Source: an uncultured delta proteobacterium
Lineage (GTDB): Bacteria > Desulfobacterota > Binatia > JACPRU01
DNA length: 64,000 nt
Direction: 5' to 3'
NCBI GenBank assembly: GCA_963745025.1
Contig: CAVUWD010000006.1
Coordinates: 384,001-448,000, forward strand
The position numbers were made by a program, and so were the translations under genes. Each line of letters begins with the position of its first letter. Position 1 is the stretch's first letter. Shown in pieces: positions 31,698 through 43,488 of this stretch. Below the pieces are notes generated by a model. It saw nothing but the letters and a program-made list of their open reading frames with translations. It searched no databases and was not told where the DNA came from.

Positions 31698-33176
31698 ATG
31701 ACGCTCGCGGACGTTCCGCCACCCGCCGTGCTCTGCCGGTTCCCGCTCGGCCTGCGCTCGCTCGCGTTGATCGTCGCCTTCGGCGGCTCGCTGCTCTTCG
31801 CGCTCGCCGCGAGCGGAAAATCGTTCAACTATCACGAGGCTCGCTACGCTCAGGGCGCTCGCGAGATGCTCGAGAGCGGAAGCTGGCTCATCCCCACCAT
31901 CGGCACGCGGCCGCGATTGCAGAAGCCTCCGATCGTCTATTGGTCGATGGCCGCGGCCATGGCCGCCTTCGGGACAGAGCAGGAATGGCCAGCGCGGCTG
32001 CCGAGCGTGCTCGCCTCGCTGACGGTCGCCCTCTGCGTGGCCGACCTCGGCGCTCGGCGGCTCGGGCGAACCTTTGGCCTCGTCGCGGGTCTCGCCCAGG
32101 TGAGCTCGGTCTACGTCTTGGTGAGCGGGCAACTCGCGGACCCGGACCTGCTCCTCGCCGCGGCGGTAACGCTCGGGATGTGGAGCTTCGCGCGCGGCCT
32201 GTTCGACGAGGGAGAGCTGCGGCCGCGGCGCTTCGCCGTCGCGTTCTGGACTGCCGCCGGGGTCGCCTTCCTCGTCAAGGGCCCGATCGGCTCGCTGCTG
32301 TTCGTCCCCGCAGCCCTTCTCTTCTCGATGACGACGCGACGCAGCGACGCCGCACGGCTCTTCCTCGATCCCTGCGGTCTCGCCGCGTTTGCTCTTCTCG
32401 TGCTGGCATGGCCCCTGGCCGCGTATCTCTCCTACCCCGCGATCCTCGATGCCTGGCGCGACGAGAACGTGGCGCGCTTTCAGGGCGAGCTCGGACGCTC
32501 CTCGCCCCTCCTCTACCTGTATACGGCACCATGGATGGCGCTGCCGTGGACGCCGTTCGCGCTCGTCGGCGCAGTCTCGCTGTGGAGGGAGCGCCCGCGC
32601 GACCCGGTGTGGGGTTTGCTTCTGGCGTGGCTCTCCGTCGGTATCGCGATCCTCTCCATGAGCGCGGGAAAACACGATCGCTACCTCATTCCCGTGCTGC
32701 CGCCGACGGCGTTCTTCGCCGCGCGGGGGCTTCTCGACGTGGCGCCCCGCGTCTCCGAGTGGGTGCGTCCCGCGACCGCGTTCGCGGTCGCTCTCGCCCT
32801 CGAGTGGGGAGTGGCGATCGTCACGCAGCGGGTCGTCGCCGCGCGCTTCGACACGTACGGGCCGCACCGGGCGCTCGCACAGCGGCTGAACGACGAGATG
32901 TCGAGGGGAGCACGGCTCTTTGTGGTAGCCGTTCCGAACAACGTCCGAACCCAGATCCTCTACTACATCCGCCATCCGACGGAGGTCGTCGACGAGCCCC
33001 AAGCGCTCGAGCGGGTCCTCGCGAAGGGTTCCGAGGTGTGGGTGCTGACTCCGGAGTCGGCGCGAGTCGGGCTCAGCCACTTCGGGGCGGTGGAGGTCGT
33101 GGACCGCTCGGAGCGGCTGCTCGCTCACCAGAACGATTCGGACCGGCTGACGCTCGCACGGCTGCGAGCGGGCTAG
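31698..33176 (+). CDS. ArnT/PMT-family (GT39/GT83) membrane glycosyltransferase
   Basis: HEARYAQGAREM..SG.W..P, KPPIVYW, ARLPS, LVKGP, K..RYLIP; many TM helices. Confidence 0.88.
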   Translation: MTLADVPPPAVLCRFPLGLRSLALIVAFGGSLLFALAASGKSFNYHEARYAQGAREMLESGSWLIPTIGTRPRLQKPPIVYWSMAAAMAAFGTEQEWPARLPSVLASLTVALCVADLGARRLGRTFGLVAGLAQVSSVYVLVSGQLADPDLLLAAAVTLGMWSFARGLFDEGELRPRRFAVAFWTAAGVAFLVKGPIGSLLFVPAALLFSMTTRRSDAARLFLDPCGLAAFALLVLAWPLAAYLSYPAILDAWRDENVARFQGELGRSSPLLYLYTAPWMALPWTPFALVGAVSLWRERPRDPVWGLLLAWLSVGIAILSMSAGKHDRYLIPVLPPTAFFAARGLLDVAPRVSEWVRPATAFAVALALEWGVAIVTQRVVAARFDTYGPHRALAQRLNDEMSRGARLFVVAVPNNVRTQILYYIRHPTEVVDEPQALERVLAKGSEVWVLTPESARVGLSHFGAVEVVDRSERLLAHQNDSDRLTLARLRAG

Positions 33177-33267
33177 CCCGATGCGAAATTCCCGTGGTGC
33201 CCCGTCCGTGTGCGCAATTCGCACGGGGCCCGTCGTCGGCGCGGGCCGTGCGAATTTTGGATCGAGA

Positions 33268-34316
33268 TTAGATTACGCCCGCCCTCAACAGATCGTGCAG
33301 ATGGATGATCCCCTGCGGCCTGCGCTTGGCGTCGATGATGAAGAGCGCGGTGATCGAGTGCCGTTCCATGACGGCGAGCGCTTCGGCGCCGAGCGCCTGC
33401 GCACCGATCGTCAAGACGCCCCGGCCGGCGCCGAGCTCGTGCTCTCGGATCGTCTTCGGATCGCGATGCAAGAGCTCGCGCACCGACACGTCGAGCACCA
33501 CCCCGCGGCTCTCGAGCGCGCGGCGGAGATCCCCGTCGGAGAGAACACCGACGAGCTGGCCGACCGCGCTCACCACGCCGGTGTGACCGAGCCGCTTGGC
33601 GGTCATCTCGTGAATCGCCTCCCGGAGAGTCGCCGTCTCGGCGACGATCGGCATGTCCTCGCCGCGGTGCATGAGGTCCTCGACGCGCATGAGCTTGCGG
33701 CCGAGGCTCCCTGCCGGGTGGAGAAAGGCGAAGTCCTCTTCGCGGAAGCCGCGGCGCTCCATGAGCACGAGGGCGAGCGCATCGCCCATCGCCAGCGTCG
33801 CGGTCGTGCTGGCCGTAGGCGCCAAAGCGAGCGGGCACGCTTCTTCGCGAACGCTCACGTCGATCACCACCTCGGCGCTCCTGGCGAGCGTCGAATCGAG
33901 AACGCCGCTCAGCGCGACCACGGGCGATCCGAGGCGCTTGAAGAGCGGCAGCATGGCGAGAATCTCGCGCGTCTCGCCGCTGTAGGAAACCGCGATCACC
34001 GAATCCCCCTTCACCACCATGCCGAGATCGCCGTGCACGCCTTCTCCCGCGTGAACGAAGAAGGCGGGCGTTCCCGTGCTCGCCAGCGTGGCGGCGATCT
34101 TCCGCGCGATGATGCCGGATTTGCCGAGGCCTGTGACGACGACCTTCCCGGGCGTCTGTGCGAGCACCTCGACGGCCCGCTCGAGCTCCGGACCGACGCG
34201 GTCGACGAGCGCACGCACGGCCTCGGCCTCGATCTCGAGAACTCGCCGTGCGCGCTCCACGGGCGAAGAGCCCTTCGTTTTTCCCGCAACCCGTAACCCA
34301 TCACCCGTAGCCTTTT

Positions 34317-34320
<4 letters not shown>
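33268..34320 (-). CDS. kdsD: Arabinose-5-phosphate isomerase (SIS + CBS)
   Basis: [51 protein letters not shown]. Confidence 0.94.
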
Positions 34321-37565
<3,245 letters not shown>

Positions 37566-37658
37566 AAAAAACCGTAGCCGCCGCTCGCAGAATCGCGAGA
37601 AGGCGTAGCTACGGGATTCCTTATATAGGAGCGCCGTCCGCGAGTGTCAAATCTCGAG

Positions 37659-37760
37659 GGGACGTTTCACAGTTTTCGCAGTTTTCAAACTTTCCGTCGT
37701 TGCAGCGCACAGATCCAGAACACGACCGCGAAAAAGAAACTGCGAACTGTGAAACGTCCC
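37659..37760. repeat. About 100-bp inverted-repeat element (REP/MITE-like)
   Basis: GGGACGTTTCACAGTT(TT)CGCAGTTT ... AAACTGCGAACTGTGAAACGTCCC. Confidence 0.7.
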
Positions 37761-37778
37761 GACGTCAGAACCTCGCCG

Positions 37779-37916
<138 letters not shown>

Positions 37917-37924
37917 CTAATTTG

Positions 37925-38158
37925 TTAGCTGGCGAACAACGCCCGCTGGTTAACAGCCTTGGGTAGGTCGATCGGGATGAAGAACTCAGCAGGATAGAGA
38001 TAATCGTCGCCGGATTCATCGATGACCCGAGTTAGGCCGTGCTGCGCACCGTCAGGATCGGGAACCGCGCGATAGACTTTTCGCAGCTCGAGAGATGCGG
38101 GGTACCCCTGGTTCTTTACGCACAGCACAAAAGGCGAAGCGGTCTTACGGGTCTTCAT
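37925..38158 (-). CDS. Small hypothetical protein (candidate antitoxin/immunity), cassette-borne
   Basis: MKTRK..FVLCVKNQGYPASLELRKVY...RVIDESGDDYLYP; ATGA-coupled to the upstream gene; its stop lies in an AGCTAAC attC-like half-site. Confidence 0.75.
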   Translation of the reverse strand: MKTRKTASPFVLCVKNQGYPASLELRKVYRAVPDPDGAQHGLTRVIDESGDDYLYPAEFFIPIDLPKAVNQRALFAS

Positions 38159-38397
38159 GGTCGTTCTTGAAGCAGGCGCTTCAGCTTGAGTTCCTTGCGT
38201 CCGATTCCGTGTGCCTCGTACCAATGTAGCTCAGCTCGAGACACCGTGCCATCGGGAAAGCGCACCGTGGCCGTGCCTTTGCGCTTCCTCCACGGTCCAC
38301 CACCATACTTGCGCCGCAGTCGTCTGCGGTCACGGACGGAGCGGCCAGTCGCAATCGTCTCGACATCGCCGATTTCACCGACAACCTCGAACCACAC
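38155..38397 (-). CDS. Small basic hypothetical protein (candidate toxin), cassette-borne
   Basis: 80 aa with WRKRKG and AELHWYEAHGIG; begins about 40 bp after the attC crossover. Confidence 0.75.
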   Translation of the reverse strand: MWFEVVGEIGDVETIATGRSVRDRRRLRRKYGGGPWRKRKGTATVRFPDGTVSRAELHWYEAHGIGRKELKLKRLLQERP

Positions 38398-38433
38398 ACG
38401 CTTCGTTGTATCGCTTCGTCACCGGTCTTCACC

Positions 38434-38526
38434 AGCTAACGGACTGCGGTTGAGCGGCCGGCGCCCACCGCCGCCCGGCCGTGACGAGCTGGTCGTGCGC
38501 CGGTCCGCTCCAACCGCGTGTTAGAC
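38434..38526 (-). mobile_element. Integron attC recombination site
   Basis: Minus strand GTCTAAC-ACGCGGTTGGAGCGGACCGGCGC...GCGCCGGCCGCTCAACCGCAGTCC-GTTAGCT: RYYYAAC/GTT ends, paired L boxes and extrahelical bases. Confidence 0.85.
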
Positions 38527-38533
38527 CGCACGG

Positions 38534-38568
38534 TTGACCTGTGCATACGAGCGTGCATACCATATAAT
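38534..38568 (+). promoter_or_regulatory. brnTA promoter with direct-repeat operator
   Basis: TTGACC, 18 bp, TACCAT (TATAAT also present at 38563); GTGCATAC repeated at 38541 and 38553; no SD before the GTG start. Confidence 0.6.
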
Positions 38569-38571
38569 GTG

Positions 38572-38847
38572 GTGGATTTCGAGTGGGATGAGGAGAAGGC
38601 GAAGGAGAACCTGGAGAAGCACGGCGTCGATTTTGCCGACGCGGTTACCGCGTTCGAAGACATGATGGCGCTGACTATGCCGGATCGTGCGTCGGAGGAG
38701 GAAGAGCGGTTCGTGACGCTTGGGACGGACGCACTCGAGCGCCTCCTGGTCATCGCGTACACGTGGCGCGAGGATCGGATACGTCTGATTTCCGCGCGGA
38801 AAGCGACGCGCCGCGAGCGGCGGCAGTACGAGGGCAAGCGAGTATGA
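38572..38847 (+). CDS. brnT: BrnT-family toxin (RNase)
   Basis: FEWDEEKAKENLEKHGVDFADA, EERFVTLG, IRLISARKAT..ER. Confidence 0.92.
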   Translation: MDFEWDEEKAKENLEKHGVDFADAVTAFEDMMALTMPDRASEEEERFVTLGTDALERLLVIAYTWREDRIRLISARKATRRERRQYEGKRV

Positions 38848-39131
38848 AAAGGGAATACGATTTCAGTAAGGCGCGACGCGGTCCCGTTGTGCCCGTGCCA
38901 ACGGGGAAGACTCGCATCACCATCCGGCTGGATGATGACGTGCTCAACTGGTTCCGAAGGCAGGTTCACGCTGCGAAGGGTGGAAACTACCAGACGTTGA
39001 TCAACAACGCGTTGCGAGAATTCATCCGGCACCGGGGGCAGCCGTTGGAAGAGACCATCCGCCGCGTGTTGCGTGAAGAACTTCAGAAACGTCCGAGGAG
39101 ATCTGCTGCCTCGAGTTCGCGTGCAGTCTAA
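38844..39131 (+). CDS. brnA: BrnA-family antitoxin
   Basis: EYDFSKA.RG, ITIRLDDDVL.WFR, NYQTLIN.ALR; ATGA overlap with brnT. Confidence 0.92.
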   Translation: MKREYDFSKARRGPVVPVPTGKTRITIRLDDDVLNWFRRQVHAAKGGNYQTLINNALREFIRHRGQPLEETIRRVLREELQKRPRRSAASSSRAV

Positions 39132-39257
39132 CGTCCTGCCGATCAGCGGCCCGGGTGCCGATGCGACGGCGGGTCGGAGACAAGCCGCCCACTCGAGAAG
39201 CGACGAGACGGTCGATCTAGCCAGTGCACCCGGGTCCGCTGCATCGGCTGGTTGGGC
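39126..39257 (-). mobile_element. Integron attC recombination site
   Basis: Minus strand GCCCAAC-CAGCCGATGCAGCGGACCCGGGTGC...GCACCCGGGCCGCTGATCGGCAGGAC-GTTAGAC; same orientation as the 38434 site. Confidence 0.88.
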
Positions 39258-39387
39258 GGCGCCGCGAATTTACATGCGCGAACACGCGCGGTGCGGAGCC
39301 CTGGCTGCTATGCCGGAACGCCAGGACCTCAGAGGCCGATCCTCTGACTTGGTAGTAGATGTGGTACCGGATGCGCGCGAGGTGGAC
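39258..39387 (-). pseudogene. C-terminal remnant of a ParE/RelE toxin (truncated cassette)
   Basis: VHLARIRYHIYYQVRGSASEVLAFRHSS immediately before the attC. Confidence 0.6.
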
Positions 39388-39394
39388 GTTGTAG

Positions 39395-39483
39395 AACTAT
39401 CACTCGAGATCAAGGCGAAGCTCGGCGTGCGTACCGACATAGAATTGACCCGGGTCGCCCTCAAGCTCGGACTGATCTGGGAC
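39395..39483 (+). pseudogene. C-terminal remnant of a LuxR/NarL-type HTH
   Basis: NYHS/IKAKLGVRTDIELTRVALKLGLI. Confidence 0.55.
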
Positions 39484-39501
39484 GTGTCTGCGAGTCGTTC
39501 C

Positions 39502-39954
39502 TCATCCTGGTCTGCTCGCCTGCTGAGACTGATAAAGCTCCACCAGCGTCTGAAAGGTAATCGTTCCGAGCGGATTGAATGCGTCATCGAGGACGTCGTA
39601 GAGCACTTCGTCGTTACCAGGCCGGATGCTGAAGCAAACGATGACGTCCTGTTCTCCGCCCCCTTCCCGATGGGGCTGCTCGCTGGCGGGTGAGACGGTG
39701 TAGCTGCCCGTCAATCGGGCTTCACGTAGGCTGCCATCGGCTTCATAAAGTCGGTGTTCCCCCTGTACGACGAAGGTGTGGTTGAGAGCTCGATGACGGT
39801 GCAGAACGATTTGTTCGTTGGCGGGGAACTTGAACAGCACGTCGACGATCCGGCTTTTCTCATCCACATGAAGGATGGTGTAGTGGAAGGGGGGAACATA
39901 GTCGCCAAAGCGGTTCCAGTGAATGGCGTGATCATCGAAATGGTAGTTGGTCAT
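39502..39954 (-). CDS. Cupin-fold protein (ChrR-like)
   Basis: LHRH...FVVQGEH and PHREGGG His motifs; SD AGAAGGAG upstream; AT-richer composition. Confidence 0.75.
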   Translation of the reverse strand: MTNYHFDDHAIHWNRFGDYVPPFHYTILHVDEKSRIVDVLFKFPANEQIVLHRHRALNHTFVVQGEHRLYEADGSLREARLTGSYTVSPASEQPHREGGGEQDVIVCFSIRPGNDEVLYDVLDDAFNPLGTITFQTLVELYQSQQASRPG

Positions 39955-40239
39955 CTGAAATATCTCCTTCTGATTGCCTAACTATTACTTCACCTGCGAG
40001 CGGGAGCTCCACGAATCTGGATTAGCCGGACCTGATAATTGGGCCACCCCCAGCAGATCTACGCCGGCAGCTCTGCGAAATCTCTCGGGTAAGTTCATTG
40101 GTGGGCCGAAATTGTTAGCGTGTTATCCGGCGAGAGTCGTCGGATAACGCCGAAAACTACTTCCGCGGGCTCCGCCTGATAATTGTAGAGCGGTCCATTG
40201 GCGGGCGGCTCACAGTCCATCGGCGGATGAGATTCGTCG

Positions 40240-41265
40240 TCACGAGATTCCTTCGGCCGACACCGGCGGGGCAACCGCGCGAGGCGCCGGCGACCGTCGG
40301 TGGACCTCCTCGCGCATCCGCTCCATCGCCTTGTAGAGCGCGCGCGTCGCATCGGAGACCGCCGTGCCCGGAGCGAAGCGGATTGGCTCGCCGATCCGTA
40401 CCAGCACGGGCCCCACCTTGATCTCCTGCGCCCCCTTCGGCCGGAGCTCGCGCAGTCCATCCATGTAGATCGGAACGACGGGCACGCCCTTGTCGAGCGC
40501 AAGGATGGATACGCCGTGACGGAAGGTGGCGAGCTTGCCGGTGGTCGAGCGCGTACCTTCGGGGAAGATGACGAGCGACCAGTGCCGGTCGAGGAGCCAC
40601 TCCGCGTAGCCGAGGGCGGCCTTCCCTCCGCCTCGCTGGATCGGGAAAGTGTTCATCGTCAACGACATGTACCAGGGCTGCTTTTGAATTCCCTTCCGCC
40701 CCTTCAGGAACCAGCGGTCTGCCGCGCTACCGAAAGCAACCCGGCGCCGGAAGCGCTCCGGAAGCGCCGTGAACAGCACCAACGAGTCCATGTGGCTCGA
40801 ATGGTTGCCGATGAAGATCGCAGGATTTCGTAGACCGTCGAGACGCTCCCTGCCTTCGACCGCGAACGGCTTGCAGTGCTTCCGGACGTAGCGGGTGGTC
40901 GTGTGGTAGCGCATGATGCGACGCACGAGCTGGGCCCAGGCACTGATTTGCCAAGGATAGGGACCGACGGTCTCCGTGGTCTGTCCCAGCAGGCGCACGA
41001 AGACGTCGAGGTCGATCGCGGGCAGGATATCCATGTGAACGCGGCCCGTCGCTTCCCGCTCGGTGACGGCCCGAACGGCCGCGAGATTGTCCGGCGCCTC
41101 GACGACGGTGAGAAAGTCGTAGGGTCCGATGAGTGCGTACTGCTGGACGATCTTCGCGTCGAGCGCTTCCATCGCACGGCGCGCCTCGGCGAGAAGTTCC
41201 GGTTGCGAGCGGATCGCTTCGAAGCCTTGCGCGTTCAGCCGGGTCAGCAAGACGTATCGTGGCAT
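40240..41265 (-). CDS. GYD-domain / 1-acyl-glycerol-3-phosphate acyltransferase fusion
   Basis: N-terminus MPRYVLLTRL...QYALIGPYDFLTVVEAPD (GYD); C-terminus NHSSHMD and FPEGTRS (PlsC-like). Confidence 0.85.
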   Translation of the reverse strand: MPRYVLLTRLNAQGFEAIRSQPELLAEARRAMEALDAKIVQQYALIGPYDFLTVVEAPDNLAAVRAVTEREATGRVHMDILPAIDLDVFVRLLGQTTETVGPYPWQISAWAQLVRRIMRYHTTTRYVRKHCKPFAVEGRERLDGLRNPAIFIGNHSSHMDSLVLFTALPERFRRRVAFGSAADRWFLKGRKGIQKQPWYMSLTMNTFPIQRGGGKAALGYAEWLLDRHWSLVIFPEGTRSTTGKLATFRHGVSILALDKGVPVVPIYMDGLRELRPKGAQEIKVGPVLVRIGEPIRFAPGTAVSDATRALYKAMERMREEVHRRSPAPRAVAPPVSAEGIS

Positions 41266-41288
41266 CGGTCCGACCCGCGTTCACTCGC

Positions 41289-41588
41289 TTACTTCGTGCC
41301 GCCCTCCCGGAGCATCTGCGTGAAGGCGTCGATGCCGATCGCCGGCAGGGTCGTCAGCTGCACCGTGCCGCGCGCGCCAAGCTCCACCGAGATGCGGGCG
41401 ATCACCTCGTTGCTCGGCGCCTCGATGATGTTGATGAAGTCGTAACCGCCGAGCACGGCGTACTGCGTAATCACGCGAGCGCCCATGCGCTCGATCTCCT
41501 GGTTCACTTCCTTCAGGCGCTCGGGGCGCTCCTTCAGCGTCTTGCGGCCCTCGTCGGTCAGGCTGCTGAGCATGATGTACGTCGCCAT
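41289..41588 (-). CDS. GYD domain protein
   Basis: MATYIMLSSLTDEG...QYAVLGGYDF.NIIEAP...TLPA. Confidence 0.88.
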   Translation of the reverse strand: MATYIMLSSLTDEGRKTLKERPERLKEVNQEIERMGARVITQYAVLGGYDFINIIEAPSNEVIARISVELGARGTVQLTTLPAIGIDAFTQMLREGGTK

Positions 41589-41663
41589 GGCTCTGGCCTC
41601 CCCTCTCGCGCGCATATACCGCCAGAGGTCTTTGTGTGTAAACTCGCGGCACGGAGGCCGCCG

Positions 41664-42680
41664 ATGAAGGCCGCAGTCTGGAACGACCAAGGAAGCCTCG
41701 ACGTCGTCGATCGGCCGCTGCCGGATCCGAAGCCTGGATGGGTGAGGCTGACCGTCGCGTCCATCGGGATCTGCGGGACCGACCTGCACTTCTATCGCGG
41801 CGCATTCCCTTCCCCGGTGGGTCTGCAGCCGGGTCATGAGATCGGCGGAACCATCGACGCCGTCGGCACCGGGGTATCACTTCCGACCGGTGTGGCCGTG
41901 GCCGTCGATCCGCTCGTCGTCTGCGGAGAGTGCGGGCAATGCCGCACGGGGAATCCCAACCGATGCGCGAAGCGGGTCCTCCTCGGCGTCAACGGCAGAG
42001 GCGGCTGCGCGGAACTCGCGGTCGTGCCGGCCTACGCGGTCTACCCGCTCCCCGACACCGTGACCGCCGCGGCGGGCGCCCTCGCCGAGCCGCTTGCTGT
42101 CTGCGTGCGCGGCACGCGCCAGGGGCGCGTCACGAGCGGCGATCGCGTGGCGATCCTCGGCGGCGGCACAATCGGGCTCATGACGATCCTCACGGCTCGC
42201 GCCGCCGGCGCGAGCCAGGTGATGATCACGGCGCGGCATCTCCACCAGCGGGAGGCCGCCCGCGCGCTCGGTGCCGACGGAATCTTCGAAGACGCCGCCG
42301 GGATGATTCGTGAGGCCGGCGATTCGCTGTTCGATTGCGTGATCGAGACAGTCGGGGGGCACGCCCCGACCCTCTCAGACGCGGTGCGGCTTGCGCGCCC
42401 GGGAGGGATGATCTCTATGCTCGGGGTCTTCGAAGGCCCGATCGCGATTCCCGCCCTCGACTTCTCTCTCAGGGAGCTGACGCTCGTCGGCTCGAACTGC
42501 TATGGCCGCGTCGGACCGCGCACCGACTTCGCGATCGCGATCGAGCTGCTGCGGAAGCATCACGACGCGCTGACCGCCCTCGTAACCCACCGCTTTCGCC
42601 TCGAGGAGATCAACGCGGCGTTCGATGCGGCCGGCGACAAGCGCAGCGGCTCGATCAAGGTGCACGTGCTTCCGGGCTGA
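41664..42680 (+). CDS. Zn-dependent alcohol dehydrogenase (MDR)
   Basis: GICGTD, GHE, CGECGQC..G.PNRC, GGGTIG. Confidence 0.92.
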   Translation: MKAAVWNDQGSLDVVDRPLPDPKPGWVRLTVASIGICGTDLHFYRGAFPSPVGLQPGHEIGGTIDAVGTGVSLPTGVAVAVDPLVVCGECGQCRTGNPNRCAKRVLLGVNGRGGCAELAVVPAYAVYPLPDTVTAAAGALAEPLAVCVRGTRQGRVTSGDRVAILGGGTIGLMTILTARAAGASQVMITARHLHQREAARALGADGIFEDAAGMIREAGDSLFDCVIETVGGHAPTLSDAVRLARPGGMISMLGVFEGPIAIPALDFSLRELTLVGSNCYGRVGPRTDFAIAIELLRKHHDALTALVTHRFRLEEINAAFDAAGDKRSGSIKVHVLPG

Positions 42681-43487
42681 TCAGATCGAACCGGTCTCGA
42701 GCAGGCGCTCCACCGCGACGGCGACCCCGTCCTCGTCGTTCGTAGCCGTGACGGCGGTCGCCATCGACTTCACGTGGTCGCTCGACTGGCCCATCGCCAC
42801 GGACGCGCCTGCGACGCGGAACATCTCGATGTCCGCCTCGGCATCGCCGAACGCGACGACCTCGCTCGTCGACAGGCCCATGTCCGCGCACGCGACGGAG
42901 AGTGCGGCGCCCTTATCCGCGCCGGCCGCAGTCAGCGTCAACATGCTCTTGCGCCGGCTCGAGAAGGACTCGACGAAGCGAACTCGCTCCTTCCACCGCT
43001 TGCCGAGCCGCTCGACGACGTGCGCGGTCGTCTCGCTGCCCTGAACGAGCACGATGCGGGGCCCGACGTCCGATGCGCCCGAGAGCTTGCGCGTGTACAC
43101 CATCTCCCGCGGCAGGTCGGACCGATTCGGCTCGCCGTCCATCTTGAACAGCACCGTGTCGTCGAGGGCGATCCAGGCCATGCAGCGGCGCGAATCGAGG
43201 ATCGCGTAGAGCTCTTCTGCGAACGCTTCGGGCATCCTCAGATCGAGCAGATCGTGTTCGTCGGCGAGCCGGCGCACCTGCGCGCCGGCGCAGGCGATGA
43301 CTGGCTCCTTCGCATCGATGTCCCGGGCGACCCGCTTGGCGAGCTGATACCACCGCGCCGTCGCGATGATGATCCTCAGGCCGGCGTCCTCCGCCGCACG
43401 CAGCGCGCGGAGGCTGCGCTCGGTCACGCGGTCGTCGGAGTGCAGCAGCGTCCCGTCGAGGTCGACGGCGAGCGCCCGGTAGCGCAT
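42681..43487 (-). CDS. Cof-type HAD phosphatase
   Basis: DLDGTLL, IATAR, DKG, FGDAEADIEM, NDEDGVA. Confidence 0.9.
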   Translation of the reverse strand: MRYRALAVDLDGTLLHSDDRVTERSLRALRAAEDAGLRIIIATARWYQLAKRVARDIDAKEPVIACAGAQVRRLADEHDLLDLRMPEAFAEELYAILDSRRCMAWIALDDTVLFKMDGEPNRSDLPREMVYTRKLSGASDVGPRIVLVQGSETTAHVVERLGKRWKERVRFVESFSSRRKSMLTLTAAGADKGAALSVACADMGLSTSEVVAFGDAEADIEMFRVAGASVAMGQSSDHVKSMATAVTATNDEDGVAVAVERLLETGSI

Positions 43488-43488
43488 C

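Noticed and set aside
38434-39257. CRISPR array or simple terminators
   Set aside because: The repeats are non-identical imperfect palindromes separated by whole genes, which fits attC sites; there are no cas genes.
39073-39693. 206-aa plus-strand ORF
   Set aside because: It runs across an attC, the antisense of the ParE remnant, the LuxR tail and the antisense of the cupin, so it is a chance composite.
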